Of a stretch of 64,000 bases of DNA, positions 1 through 9,676 are shown piece by piece. A program made the position numbers and the translations under genes. This DNA is from an uncultured Nitrospiraceae bacterium (GTDB lineage: Bacteria; Nitrospirota; Nitrospiria; Nitrospirales; Nitrospiraceae). The notes under the pieces were generated by a model. The model saw nothing but the letters and a program-made list of their open reading frames with translations, was not told the DNA's origin and made no database searches. The first letter of the stretch is position 1. The number at the start of each line of letters is the position of its first letter. Where the stretch lies: positions 704,001 through 768,000 of the forward strand of contig CAVSTP010000003.1 of NCBI GenBank assembly GCA_963730935.1. Reading direction: 5' to 3'.

Positions 1-853
<853 letters not shown>

Positions 854-937
854 TCTACTTTGCTCCTGATAGACATGGTCTTCATGCAATCACACAGCGG
901 TCAATGCTCGTGAAGACCTGCTTCAGTGTAGAATGTT

Positions 938-1053
<116 letters not shown>

Positions 1054-1060
1054 TTACAAC

Positions 1061-1095
1061 AAAGAGCCTGCTAGAGCAATCTAGCAGGCTCTTTT
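1061..1095 (+). terminator. Rho-independent terminator of rRNA operon
   Basis: AAAGAGCCTGCTAG-AGCAAT-CTAGCAGGCTCTTT followed by a T-rich tract. Confidence 0.9.
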
Positions 1096-1123
1096 ATTTT
1101 GAAGTCAAAGAGCTCAGAGAAGA

Positions 1124-1222
1124 GGCGGGTCCTGCCGTTGACCAGCCCAGCCGGCTTCGCACCCCGCCCGGTGTAGGGACCCCGCTGCAGGCGGCTGGGC
1201 GCCCAGGCCAACGTCACCCGCC
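1124..1222. other. ~100-nt GC-rich imperfect hairpin element
   Basis: GGCGGGT/ACCCGCC, CGTTG/CAACG and GCCCAGCCG/CGGCTGGGC nested stems. Confidence 0.5.
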
Positions 1223-1325
1223 AGTTGATCGGATGTGACCCGTTAACTAAGGAAAGACGAGGAGCGCTGCAATCGCTCATGGATCGCAGCGCTCTCGGAG
1301 GCATTTTGAAGCAGCGTGCTTAGGC

Positions 1326-1354
1326 TTGACTCGCTTTTGATCAAAACGTAGCCT
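1326..1354 (+). promoter_or_regulatory. sigma70-like promoter with palindromic spacer; likely leaderless start at ATG 1362
   Basis: TTGACT-17 bp-TAGCCT; TTTTGATCAAAA palindrome at 1335-1346; no obvious SD before 1362. Confidence 0.5.
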
Positions 1355-1361
1355 CTCGACC

Positions 1362-1766
1362 ATGGTGACTCCAAGCCTCTACGAGCATCTGCATGACTCT
1401 ATTGTCATCAACTACGCTAGACCATTCACGGCCAATGACGGTTACAGCAAGATCGATGGTCGATACGAGAGGTTCAACGAACAAGAGTTTCAAGAACTTC
1501 ATGATAGGTTGCTCCGACTTCGACACAGGGTGCTTGCTCATACCGCCGCGGAGGCATCAAAAGTTCTAGAGGAGTTTGAGGAGCATGCAAATTCCAAATG
1601 TTATACGGTGAAAGTGAACCGCGCGAGGATGCCGCGAGAAGAATTTCACAAGGTGCGGCGACTTTGTCTCGATCTACTGGTCCGACTCGAAGGGGAAGCT
1701 TTTGGGAGGATAGAAGCATTGGAGCGAATTACGGGCATGACGATGCCAAAATCTTGGGAACTCTAG
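1362..1766 (+). CDS. Hypothetical protein, HEPN-like (Rx4-6H) putative RNase
   Basis: 134-aa helical ORF with INYARPF...LRHRVLAH. Confidence 0.6.
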   Translation: MVTPSLYEHLHDSIVINYARPFTANDGYSKIDGRYERFNEQEFQELHDRLLRLRHRVLAHTAAEASKVLEEFEEHANSKCYTVKVNRARMPREEFHKVRRLCLDLLVRLEGEAFGRIEALERITGMTMPKSWEL

Positions 1767-1798
1767 CCGATGAACCCAGGCTATCCTTCTTGCAATCC

Positions 1799-2239
1799 AT
1801 GAACGAACCACGCCTTGCGGCCAATGAAATCCAGGAGCAGGTACTTAATAGACTTGAAAAGTACAAGAGCTTCAATGTCCTCGAACAATTCGCGATGTTT
1901 ATGGGAATGGCGCAAGTTCTAGAAGTTGGCTTAAAGAACCTGCTGAGTCGTCGGTACAAGTATGACCTTGAGAAAATAGAAACCTGGACACTAGGGAAAA
2001 CCACAAGGGAGCTGAAAGAGTGCGGTCTGCGAGCTGACTTTATTGCACTTCTAGAGAGCGTCGTTCAGTATCGCAACCACATTGCTCACGAGTTGTTAGT
2101 GAATGACGCAATGCTGAAATGTATCTTGGGCGGTGAGAGCGGAAGGCTTGAACTGAAACAGCTGGAGAAAGGAATCTACGAGCTGGAGCAAATTATCTTC
2201 CTGCACGACTGGTGCGAAGAGCATAACGCGTGGGGCTAG
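1799..2239 (+). CDS. Hypothetical protein, HEPN-like (RNHIAH) putative RNase
   Basis: Start taken at MNEPRL; YRNHIAHE motif; lower GC than flanks. Confidence 0.65.
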   Translation: MNEPRLAANEIQEQVLNRLEKYKSFNVLEQFAMFMGMAQVLEVGLKNLLSRRYKYDLEKIETWTLGKTTRELKECGLRADFIALLESVVQYRNHIAHELLVNDAMLKCILGGESGRLELKQLEKGIYELEQIIFLHDWCEEHNAWG

Positions 2240-2245
2240 CATCGC

Positions 2246-2317
2246 GCGCAACATGGCGCTCCACTCGATAGTTCAACCGCTACGCAATTTTTCCCCAGCT
2301 GAGCTTTGACGTTGTTT
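2246..2317 (+). mobile_element. attC-like integron recombination site (degenerate, solitary)
   Basis: GCGCAAC-ATGGC-GCTCCAC...GCTGAGC-TTTGAC-GTT box architecture directly after a stop codon. Confidence 0.55.
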
Positions 2318-2375
2318 CAGATAAAGGGGATAGGCTGATTTCTTACAGCCATCCGATGCAGCAGAGTCGCTCGGT

Positions 2376-2548
2376 CCTGTGGCTCATCGCTCGTTCTGCA
2401 GGCGCACGGCAATTCGCGAATCCGCTGAATCCCAGCCGGCATCGAACGGATAGCCGGCGCTGTCGATGTCGATGACCTACGGGGCGTGATCCGAGGGTTT
2501 AGGTTTTCCCTTCCGCGCCTCGCGATCGATTTTCGCGCAGGCAACGCG
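2376..2548 (-). pseudogene. xth 3'-end remnant R1
   Basis: Ungapped match (~82% by eye) to 9663-9835; translates RVACAKIDREARKGKPKPSDHAP*VIDIDSAGYPFDAGWDSADSRIA. Confidence 0.93.
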
Positions 2549-2795
2549 TCTTCTCGCTTTGTGAAGTTGCGCGCCGATCTTTCGGCAGCTGCCGATAGGA
2601 CGGCGTAGAACGCTTCGTCACGTTAGTCTTTCCTCATCATCAGACGCCAGGTTCTTCAGCAACAATCCCTTTGCTGTCCATCACTTGCGTCCTCAATGTC
2701 CGATCCTCTGTCGCTTGGAACGGTCTATGCGCGAGAGGTATTGGTACAAACGATCTGAAGAGACAGAAGCTGGCAATAGTGCAAGGAGGAACTAT

Positions 2796-3782
2796 ATGAA
2801 AGCCGCAATCGTCCCCGCCGTGAGCAGTTCTTGGCAGATCAAAGATGTTCCTCAGCCTGAGCCGGGACCAAGCCAGGTGCTCGTGAAGATGCACGCAAGC
2901 GGCATCTGCTACACCGATGTGCACCAAACGCTCGGCCACATTCCAGGACCATTTCCTCGCATCCTTGGACATGAGCCAGTGGGCGAGATCGTCGCCATCG
3001 CTCCTGATGTGACCGCTCGCAAGGTCGGCGAGCGGGTCGGCTCGGCATGGGTTCAGTCCACCTGCGGACGCTGCGAGTGGTGTCAGCGCGGCCGCAAGAT
3101 GTTCTGCCCCTATATGAAGGGCACGGGCGGCGAGGCGCAAGGCGGGCACGCCGAGTACATGCTGATGAACGCCGACGCGACGTACCTGATTCCTGACAAG
3201 GTGACCTACGAGCAGGCCGCACCGATCTTTTGCGCCGGGTATACCGTGTATAGCGGGCTTCGCTGGGCCGATCCGCAACCCCACGAGCGCGTGGCCGTAC
3301 TGGGAATCGGCGGGCTTGGGCACCTGGCCGTGCAATACGCGAAAGCTGCGGGCTTCGAGACCATCGCGATCTCGCATTCCCCCGATAAGGACAAGATGAT
3401 TCGCGAGCTGGGCGCGGATGAAGTGGTCCGCAACGGAAAGAGCCTTGCCGATGCGGGCGGCGCCGACATCATCCTCAGTACCTCCAACTCGACCAAATCC
3501 ATGATGGACAGCATTCAGGGTCTGCGCCCGGACGGCCGGTTCATCGTGATGGGCGCGGACGTGGAACCGCTTTCGCTCTCGTTGGCCGAGTTACTCTTCA
3601 AGCGCATCAAAATCATCGGCAGCCAGCAAAATGGCCCCGAATATCTGTACGAAGCCCTGGACTACGTCGCCAAAGGAAAGGTCAAATCGATCATTGAAAC
3701 TTACCCGTTGGCCGAAGCTGTGAAGGCCTACGAGCGCGTGGCGGAGGGCAAGACCCGCTTCCGCGCTGTGCTCACAATGTAA
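2796..3782 (+). CDS. Zinc-dependent alcohol dehydrogenase (AdhP-like, MDR family)
   Basis: GHE motif, CGRCEWCQRGRKMFC Zn site, GIGGLG; SD AGGAGG. Confidence 0.93.
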   Translation: MKAAIVPAVSSSWQIKDVPQPEPGPSQVLVKMHASGICYTDVHQTLGHIPGPFPRILGHEPVGEIVAIAPDVTARKVGERVGSAWVQSTCGRCEWCQRGRKMFCPYMKGTGGEAQGGHAEYMLMNADATYLIPDKVTYEQAAPIFCAGYTVYSGLRWADPQPHERVAVLGIGGLGHLAVQYAKAAGFETIAISHSPDKDKMIRELGADEVVRNGKSLADAGGADIILSTSNSTKSMMDSIQGLRPDGRFIVMGADVEPLSLSLAELLFKRIKIIGSQQNGPEYLYEALDYVAKGKVKSIIETYPLAEAVKAYERVAEGKTRFRAVLTM

Positions 3783-3824
3783 TGGGGCTGTGCCCGACCG
3801 CTAATTCATTGCATGAGGTGTTCT

Positions 3825-4682
3825 ATGACTACACACACGAAACTCATTCTGGTGACCGGCGCGACAGGACAGCAAGGGGGCGCAGTAGCCAGGGTTTTGC
3901 TCAACAAGGGGCAGAAAGTTCGGGTCATGACGAGACGCCCGGAAAAAGCCGCCGCACTTGCGAAGGCGGGCGCAGAGGTGGTCAAAGGAGACCTGACGAA
4001 CCAGGCCGACCTTCAGGCGGCATTGCGTGGGATATATGGAGTGTTTGCCATGTCCACTCCGTTTGAGGCCGGGATGGAGGCGGAGGTACGTCAGGGCGTC
4101 TTGCTGGCCGATGCGGCCAAACAAGCCGGGGTCGCGCACTATATATATACGTCTGTGAACGGCGCCAATCGTCATACGGGAATCCCGCACTTTGACAGCA
4201 AGTGGCAGGTCGAGCAACACATCGCGAAGATCGGCTTGCCCACGACCATCCTGCGCCCTCCCTTTTTTATGGACAACCTTACGACCGTTGGAAAGCCGTC
4301 TCCTGAGGGCGTGCTCACCATGCCGATGCGACCGGATAGAAAGCTGGGCATGGTCGCAGTCAGGGACATTGGCCAGTTCGGGGCGGCCGCATTCAGTCGT
4401 CCGAAGGATTTTCTCGGGAACGCTATCGACCTGGGGGGCGATGAATTGACCATCCCGGAGGTGGCCGCGCTATTAACTAAGGCCATGGGGAGATCCATCC
4501 GGTTCCAAGAGTTTCCACTCGACCAGGCGGAAGCCGCGATGGGCCATGATCTCGCCACGATGTTTCGCTGGTTTAACGACGTTGGATATACAATCGATGT
4601 ACCAGGCCTGACGAAGAAGTTCGGGATTCCTCTGACCTCTTTTACAGAATGGATGAAGACGGTCGAATGGCCGAAGGGCTGA
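3825..4682 (+). CDS. NmrA/HSCARG family NAD(P)-binding protein
   Basis: ILVTGATGQQGG, PHFDSK. Confidence 0.92.
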   Translation: MTTHTKLILVTGATGQQGGAVARVLLNKGQKVRVMTRRPEKAAALAKAGAEVVKGDLTNQADLQAALRGIYGVFAMSTPFEAGMEAEVRQGVLLADAAKQAGVAHYIYTSVNGANRHTGIPHFDSKWQVEQHIAKIGLPTTILRPPFFMDNLTTVGKPSPEGVLTMPMRPDRKLGMVAVRDIGQFGAAAFSRPKDFLGNAIDLGGDELTIPEVAALLTKAMGRSIRFQEFPLDQAEAAMGHDLATMFRWFNDVGYTIDVPGLTKKFGIPLTSFTEWMKTVEWPKG

Positions 4683-4751
4683 CCGCTAAAATTGCCGATG
4701 TACTGAACGCGCATATCGCAAGCCGTACTCAATGCCAAGAGGAGACAAGCC

Positions 4752-5114
4752 ATGGCCTTCAGCATTTCGACCTTGCTGACCCGCAACCTCCATGACGTTT
4801 TTGGTGAAAACGATCCCGTGCGTCGGCGCGCGGCCATCGACGAGATCTTCACTGAAGATTGCATATTCTATGAGCCCAGGGGTGTCTACCATGGGCGCGA
4901 CGAGATCGATCGCATCGCTGGCGCGATCAAGGCTACTCACCCTGACTTTCGATATCAGCCACTTGCCGAGCCCGAGGAATTGGGCAATGTCGGGCGAGTC
5001 CGGTGGGTATCGGGTCGCCCTGGTGAGGTTCCAGCTTACGCCGGGACTGATTTCATAATCGCCAGGGATGGCCGCATTGCTGGCGTGTATCTCTTTTTCG
5101 ATAAGGTGCCCTGA
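4752..5114 (+). CDS. SnoaL/NTF2-like protein
   Basis: NLHDVFGENDPVRRRAAI...GTDFIIARDGRI; SD GAGGAG. Confidence 0.88.
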   Translation: MAFSISTLLTRNLHDVFGENDPVRRRAAIDEIFTEDCIFYEPRGVYHGRDEIDRIAGAIKATHPDFRYQPLAEPEELGNVGRVRWVSGRPGEVPAYAGTDFIIARDGRIAGVYLFFDKVP

Positions 5115-5208
5115 GCAGTGAACTCAATTGCGGGCCCACGTCTGACAGGCCATCACACATGGTGGAGCCTACGGTCTGAGGGTGCCATTAGAAAACAAGG
5201 AGAATGCC

Positions 5209-5832
5209 ATGAGCAATCAATCCCATCCCTACCTGCCTCTCACTCCACAAAACGCAGCGCTTGTCCTCGTCGATCATCAGGTCGGTCTCATGACCGGCGT
5301 CCGTGACTATTCAACCGGCGAACTGAAACACAACGTCGTGGCCCTGGCCAAGGCTGCGAAAGCCCTGAAACTGCCCATTATCGTCACCACGACGGCGCGC
5401 GACAGCATGTGGGGTCCGACCTTCCCCGAGCTTGTGGAAGCGCTGCCAGGTATCGAGATCATTGATCGCTCTTCCGTCAACGCCTTCGACGACGCACGCG
5501 TCGCTCGTGCGATCGAGGCGACCGGCCGCAAGAAGCTCATCTTTGCCGGAATCTCACTCGAAGTCTGCGCGGCGTTTCCCGCCATCACAGCGGTGGGTAA
5601 GGGGTTCGACGCCTATGTGGCAGTCGATGCCTCGGGGACCTTCAGCGAGACGAAGCGGCAAGCTGGGCTCTTGCGCATGCTTCAGGCAGGGGTCGTTCTC
5701 TCGGACTACGCGACCTTGATGGTGGAAATCCTCAAGGACAACGCGCGACCGGAGGCCGGTGAGGTCTACGGCGCTATGGATATGGCTTGGGCCAAGCTTG
5801 TAGGTCAAATCGCCCAGGCTTACGGAAAGTAA
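5209..5832 (+). CDS. Isochorismatase-family hydrolase (YcaC-like)
   Basis: LVDHQVGL, GISLEVCAAFPA. Confidence 0.9.
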   Translation: MSNQSHPYLPLTPQNAALVLVDHQVGLMTGVRDYSTGELKHNVVALAKAAKALKLPIIVTTTARDSMWGPTFPELVEALPGIEIIDRSSVNAFDDARVARAIEATGRKKLIFAGISLEVCAAFPAITAVGKGFDAYVAVDASGTFSETKRQAGLLRMLQAGVVLSDYATLMVEILKDNARPEAGEVYGAMDMAWAKLVGQIAQAYGK

Positions 5833-5870
5833 GAGGCAAACTGCCTTTTGAAGGGCATCCGGTTGGGCGC

Positions 5871-6017
5871 GACCCTGTGGGCTCATCGCTATTTCCGGAG
5901 GCGCCCCGCGATTCGCGACTCCGCCGAAGGCCAGCCGGCGTCGAAGGGATGGCCGGGGTTGTCGATGTTGATGACCAGCGTGCGTGACTTTTCGTGAAGG
6001 CCAGTAGACATCGCGGT
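5871..6017 (-). pseudogene. xth 3'-end remnant R2 (internal deletion)
   Basis: 5871-5987 matches 9660-9776 and encodes LVINIDNPGHPFDAGWPSAESRIAGRLRK*; AGACATCGCGGT at 6006-6017 resembles 9826-9837. Confidence 0.92.
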
Positions 6018-6093
6018 CGACGGCGGTGACTTCGTGAGGCGGGCCCGCTAATATTCCATTGCGCTGTCCGTAATCTAAGCCAAAGGAGATCGG

Positions 6094-6636
6094 ATGAACA
6101 CCAGAATCGGGACGTTCTCTTGGGCCGCGTTGTTGCTCGCTCTGTGGATGGTTCCCGCATGGGTAGAGGCACAAACGCCGCGTCAGCAGGCGGAGAAAGA
6201 GCTGCAACGAAAGGCACCGAACGCCGGAGTGGAGGCCTGTTCTCTGATTACGCGCGCCGACGTGAAGGCTGCCACCGGCAGGGATCCGTTTGTCGACCCC
6301 GAGTCCGCCGGCCAGGGCGGCTGGATGTGCAACGTCGGCACTGGCGAATTGAAGGTGTATTCGGGCCCGAAATCGTCGGAGACATGGGAGTCCACACTGC
6401 AGAGTTTCAAGATGGACAAGGAGCCGCGGACGCCGGCTCCAGGCTTCGGCGAGCAATCCTACTTCCTTTACCCAAAGCCGGCGAAGAAGTCTCAAGGCAA
6501 CGTCGCGGTCTTGGTTGCGAAGTCTGGCAACCACACGCTCGTTCTGTCACTCGACGCACCCGATGACAAGCCGGCCGAGTCAATGCGCCCAGCGCTCGAA
6601 TCGCTGATGAAAACGATCCTCGCCCGGCTGCCATGA
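6094..6636 (+). CDS. Secreted protein (DUF3558-like ACSL-T motif)
   Basis: Signal peptide; EACSLITRADVKAATG; SD AAGGAG; resembles 11886-12419. Confidence 0.8.
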   Translation: MNTRIGTFSWAALLLALWMVPAWVEAQTPRQQAEKELQRKAPNAGVEACSLITRADVKAATGRDPFVDPESAGQGGWMCNVGTGELKVYSGPKSSETWESTLQSFKMDKEPRTPAPGFGEQSYFLYPKPAKKSQGNVAVLVAKSGNHTLVLSLDAPDDKPAESMRPALESLMKTILARLP

Positions 6637-6643
6637 GAAGGTA

Positions 6644-6759
6644 CCAGCCGGCGTCGAACGGATGGCGGGCTGTCGATGTCGATGACCAGCGGTTCGTGAT
6701 CGGAGGGCAACGGTTTTCCCTTCCTCGCCTCACGATCGATCTCGGCACAGACATCGCGG
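6644..6759 (-). pseudogene. xth 3'-end remnant R3
   Basis: ~94% match by eye to 9719-9829 with a 2-nt deletion. Confidence 0.94.
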
Positions 6760-6900
6760 GGTTGATTTGCTGTTCGCCGACCCTAAGGCCGGCTATGGAG
6801 CCTTGACAGAGACTGGCAAACGGGATAATGAAACGCTCCCGTCTGGGCTCCCTGTGCTGATCAGGTCTTCGTACTACGGTGGCCAGCAGCAGACCTTTCA

Positions 6901-8187
6901 ATGCTCCTTATGCCTAAGGATCAAGTCCAGCCTCCCGTCATCGTCGTTCCAGGGATCACAGGAACGGGTCTGGAGGACTATTATCCAATCCCACCGGAGG
7001 AAGTGTGGTCCGCCGTTCTCAAGAAGAATTACGAACGTATCTCGATGCATCCGGATAATCCTCGCTATGAGGCGCTTGAGCCGGCGCGGGTGCAGCCACA
7101 TGGCATCTTTGGAATCATCTACGAAGATCTGGTCGAGGCCCTACGTCACGACTTGATGATAAGACGTACGGAGCCAACCCCAGTCTTTCCGTTCAGCTAT
7201 GACTGGCGACAGGACTGCACGCAGTCCGCTGACTTGCTCGCTGGTTTTATTGAAGAGGTCATCGAACGGACCGTACTCCTTCCTCATTACCGAGAAGCAA
7301 GTAAATCGCTCTGTGTCGACCTCGTGGCCCACTCGATGGGTGGCCTTATCGTAGCTGACTACCTGACACGTTACGGCAAAGAAAAAAAGGTTCGTCGTGT
7401 CGTATCGATTGCTTCACCTTTCGAGGGTGCAATCGACGCCATAGAAAAAGTTTCAACAGGCATGGGTACGTTGACCGGCTCATATCCACGAGATAGAGAA
7501 CGCGAAGCGTCCCGTACCATTCCGGCTATCTACCAGCTGCTACCGTCATATAGTGGTGCCATCGAAGACGAGCCTGGACAGCCGAATGACATCTTTGACG
7601 TTCAGACTTGGCGCGTATGGCAGCGTTCAGTCTTGATGACTCTGCGCGAGTACATCCGCCTGCATAAGGCCGAGATAGACCCCGAAAAGCTTCTGGGACA
7701 GTATCTAGAGACAGCATGGAAACATCGGCAACGGATCAGAAAACTAAATTTGGCGCAAGTTCTGTCGGAGGGCGTGAAGGGTTGGATGGCGATAGCGGGG
7801 CTAGGAGAGCCGACCCGAATAAAAGTCGAAACAAAAAAGGATGTCGGAGGACGGTGGTTTGCATTTGCGCCGCCGGTCGAAGAGTGGAAGAATGATCACA
7901 GCAGTATGAAAACCGGGGATGGGACCGTTCCATTTGCAGGGGCGATACCACGCTTTCTTAAAATTGAGAATCTAGTCTGTATCAGCCGAGCCGAGTTCGG
8001 CATATTCGAACTTGGTGATCGGGCACTCGCCCTGGGGGCCGGGCTTCATGCGGCTCTCCCTACAGTCAACCTCGTTCAACGGCTGACGATTAAATTCCTG
8101 CGCCGCGAATATTCCGGCGATATCGAGGCGAGGCCCGCTCCCGGAGTGACCACGCCGGAATGGCCAATGGACATTCCGGTAAAATAA
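6901..8187 (+). CDS. Alpha/beta-hydrolase lipase/acyltransferase (LCAT-like)
   Basis: VVPGITG, FSYDWR, AHSMGG nucleophile elbow, GDGTVP. Confidence 0.85.
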   Translation: MLLMPKDQVQPPVIVVPGITGTGLEDYYPIPPEEVWSAVLKKNYERISMHPDNPRYEALEPARVQPHGIFGIIYEDLVEALRHDLMIRRTEPTPVFPFSYDWRQDCTQSADLLAGFIEEVIERTVLLPHYREASKSLCVDLVAHSMGGLIVADYLTRYGKEKKVRRVVSIASPFEGAIDAIEKVSTGMGTLTGSYPRDREREASRTIPAIYQLLPSYSGAIEDEPGQPNDIFDVQTWRVWQRSVLMTLREYIRLHKAEIDPEKLLGQYLETAWKHRQRIRKLNLAQVLSEGVKGWMAIAGLGEPTRIKVETKKDVGGRWFAFAPPVEEWKNDHSSMKTGDGTVPFAGAIPRFLKIENLVCISRAEFGIFELGDRALALGAGLHAALPTVNLVQRLTIKFLRREYSGDIEARPAPGVTTPEWPMDIPVK

Positions 8188-8250
8188 GTCCCAACCGGAT
8201 GTTCATGGCGTCAGTTCAGAAACAAGGCCGAAGCACGAAAGAGGTCAGGC

Positions 8251-8345
8251 CTATTGAGGCTTTGACACGCGCCCTGCAATTCGCGATCGGCCCAGACAAC
8301 GCACTGTTTTAACGGCGCTGTCACGAGCAGGTGATCGATCCGCAT
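8251..8345 (-). pseudogene. xth 3'-end remnant R4 (large internal deletion)
   Basis: MRIDHLLVTAPLKQCVVWA (cf. xth MRIDHLLVTTTLQHRVVWA) joined to SRIAGRVSKPQ*. Confidence 0.85.
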
Positions 8346-8364
8346 CATTGCGTGTTTTAGCCGT

Positions 8365-9567
8365 TTACCTGGGCGAATCCATTCTTCTTCGGACGAAGGG
8401 TGAATCCCAACGACTCCACAGAATTCCAAGAGCATTAAGCCATGGCGTCATGATCATCGTGGCCGCGACGACAATGATGCCAGTGGAGAATTGAACCTGC
8501 GTTTCTGTGCCGAGGGCCAATAACTCGCCAAGTGCCACGAAAGCAAATTCGCTGCATTGAGCGAGGAGAAAGGACATCCGAGCCGCCGCACCGTGTTGCA
8601 TGCTCATCGCTCGGGCGGCCAGATATAGCACGACAATCTTGAACGCGATGATCGCAAGGACGTGCAGAAGAATTATTGCGACATGTCCGCGCAGTACGCT
8701 GAGATCAACCGTCAGTCCTACGGAGACAAAAAACAGTCCCAGCAAGAGATTCTTGAGTGGCAGAACTTCCTCTTCCAATCGATGTCTGTACTCCGAGCTG
8801 CCCAGCGACACACCCGCGATGAACGCTCCCATGGCCATCGAAAGACCCGTGGAAGAGGCGAGCCATGCGCCGCCGAACAGGGCAATAAAAATGATTGCCG
8901 TAAAGGTTTCGCCGAAGTTTGGGGCCACCGCGAGGCGCAGGAGTCGGGGCCAGACGTACCGGCCAACGACGAAGATGATGATCATGGCCCCTGCGGCGTA
9001 CAGGACATCCCCCCATACGAAGCTCTCTGCTGATCCAGTCCCGGCAAACACCGGCAGCAAGGCGAGGATCGGTACGACGGTCAAGTCCTGAAATAGAAGC
9101 AGGGCTAAAGTCGCCTGTCCATATTCTTGCTCCAGTTCGCCTTTTCCTTTCAGGAGCTGGAGCACAAGCGCTGTAGATGAGTTTGACGCGACTAGTCCGA
9201 AAAGAAGCGCAAGAGACCAGGAAGGCGCGAAGAAGCGCCAATAAAACATCATCGCCAGACCGGTTCCAATCACTTGCGCGGCTCCAAGGCCGAAGGCATA
9301 TCGTCGCAGCGACCAGATTTTCCGAGGATCGAGCTCGAGTCCGATCACAAAGAGAAAGAAGACCACGCCCAGTTGCGAAATGTCGGTCAGGCGTCCAATC
9401 TGGCTGGTATTGAGGACATGTGATGATCCCAAAATGATTCCGGAGAGTAACAGCCCGAGTTCCGGACCGATCCCAAGCCGCCGAGCGAGGGGAATCATCA
9501 CGGCACTGATGGTGAGCAGCAACGTGACGGCCACTACTATATCCGGCAATGAGATATAGGGGTTCAA
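8365..9567 (-). CDS. CPA2/KefB-like cation:proton antiporter, membrane domain only
   Basis: GVVFFLFVIGLE, LLFQDL, LGLFFVSVG, QCSEFAFV; no C-terminal KTN domain; TTG start with SD GGAGG. Confidence 0.85.
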   Translation of the reverse strand: MNPYISLPDIVVAVTLLLTISAVMIPLARRLGIGPELGLLLSGIILGSSHVLNTSQIGRLTDISQLGVVFFLFVIGLELDPRKIWSLRRYAFGLGAAQVIGTGLAMMFYWRFFAPSWSLALLFGLVASNSSTALVLQLLKGKGELEQEYGQATLALLLFQDLTVVPILALLPVFAGTGSAESFVWGDVLYAAGAMIIIFVVGRYVWPRLLRLAVAPNFGETFTAIIFIALFGGAWLASSTGLSMAMGAFIAGVSLGSSEYRHRLEEEVLPLKNLLLGLFFVSVGLTVDLSVLRGHVAIILLHVLAIIAFKIVVLYLAARAMSMQHGAAARMSFLLAQCSEFAFVALGELLALGTETQVQFSTGIIVVAATMIMTPWLNALGILWSRWDSPFVRRRMDSPR

Positions 9568-9676
9568 GCTGAGCCTCCCAATTCGACCACGCGTGTCATC
9601 GCGGATTTCGTATTGCTATGCCGACCGATCGTCAGGACAAGTGCACCTTGGACGCCTCAGACCCTGTGGCTCATCG

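Noticed and set aside
2549..2660. Possible further xth traces (GTGAAGTTGC, TTTCCTCATCATCAGA)
   Set aside because: Matches are too short to separate from chance by eye.
5554..6534. 326-aa minus-strand ORF crossing remnant R2
   Set aside because: Overlaps two better-supported plus-strand genes and is not in the xth frame.
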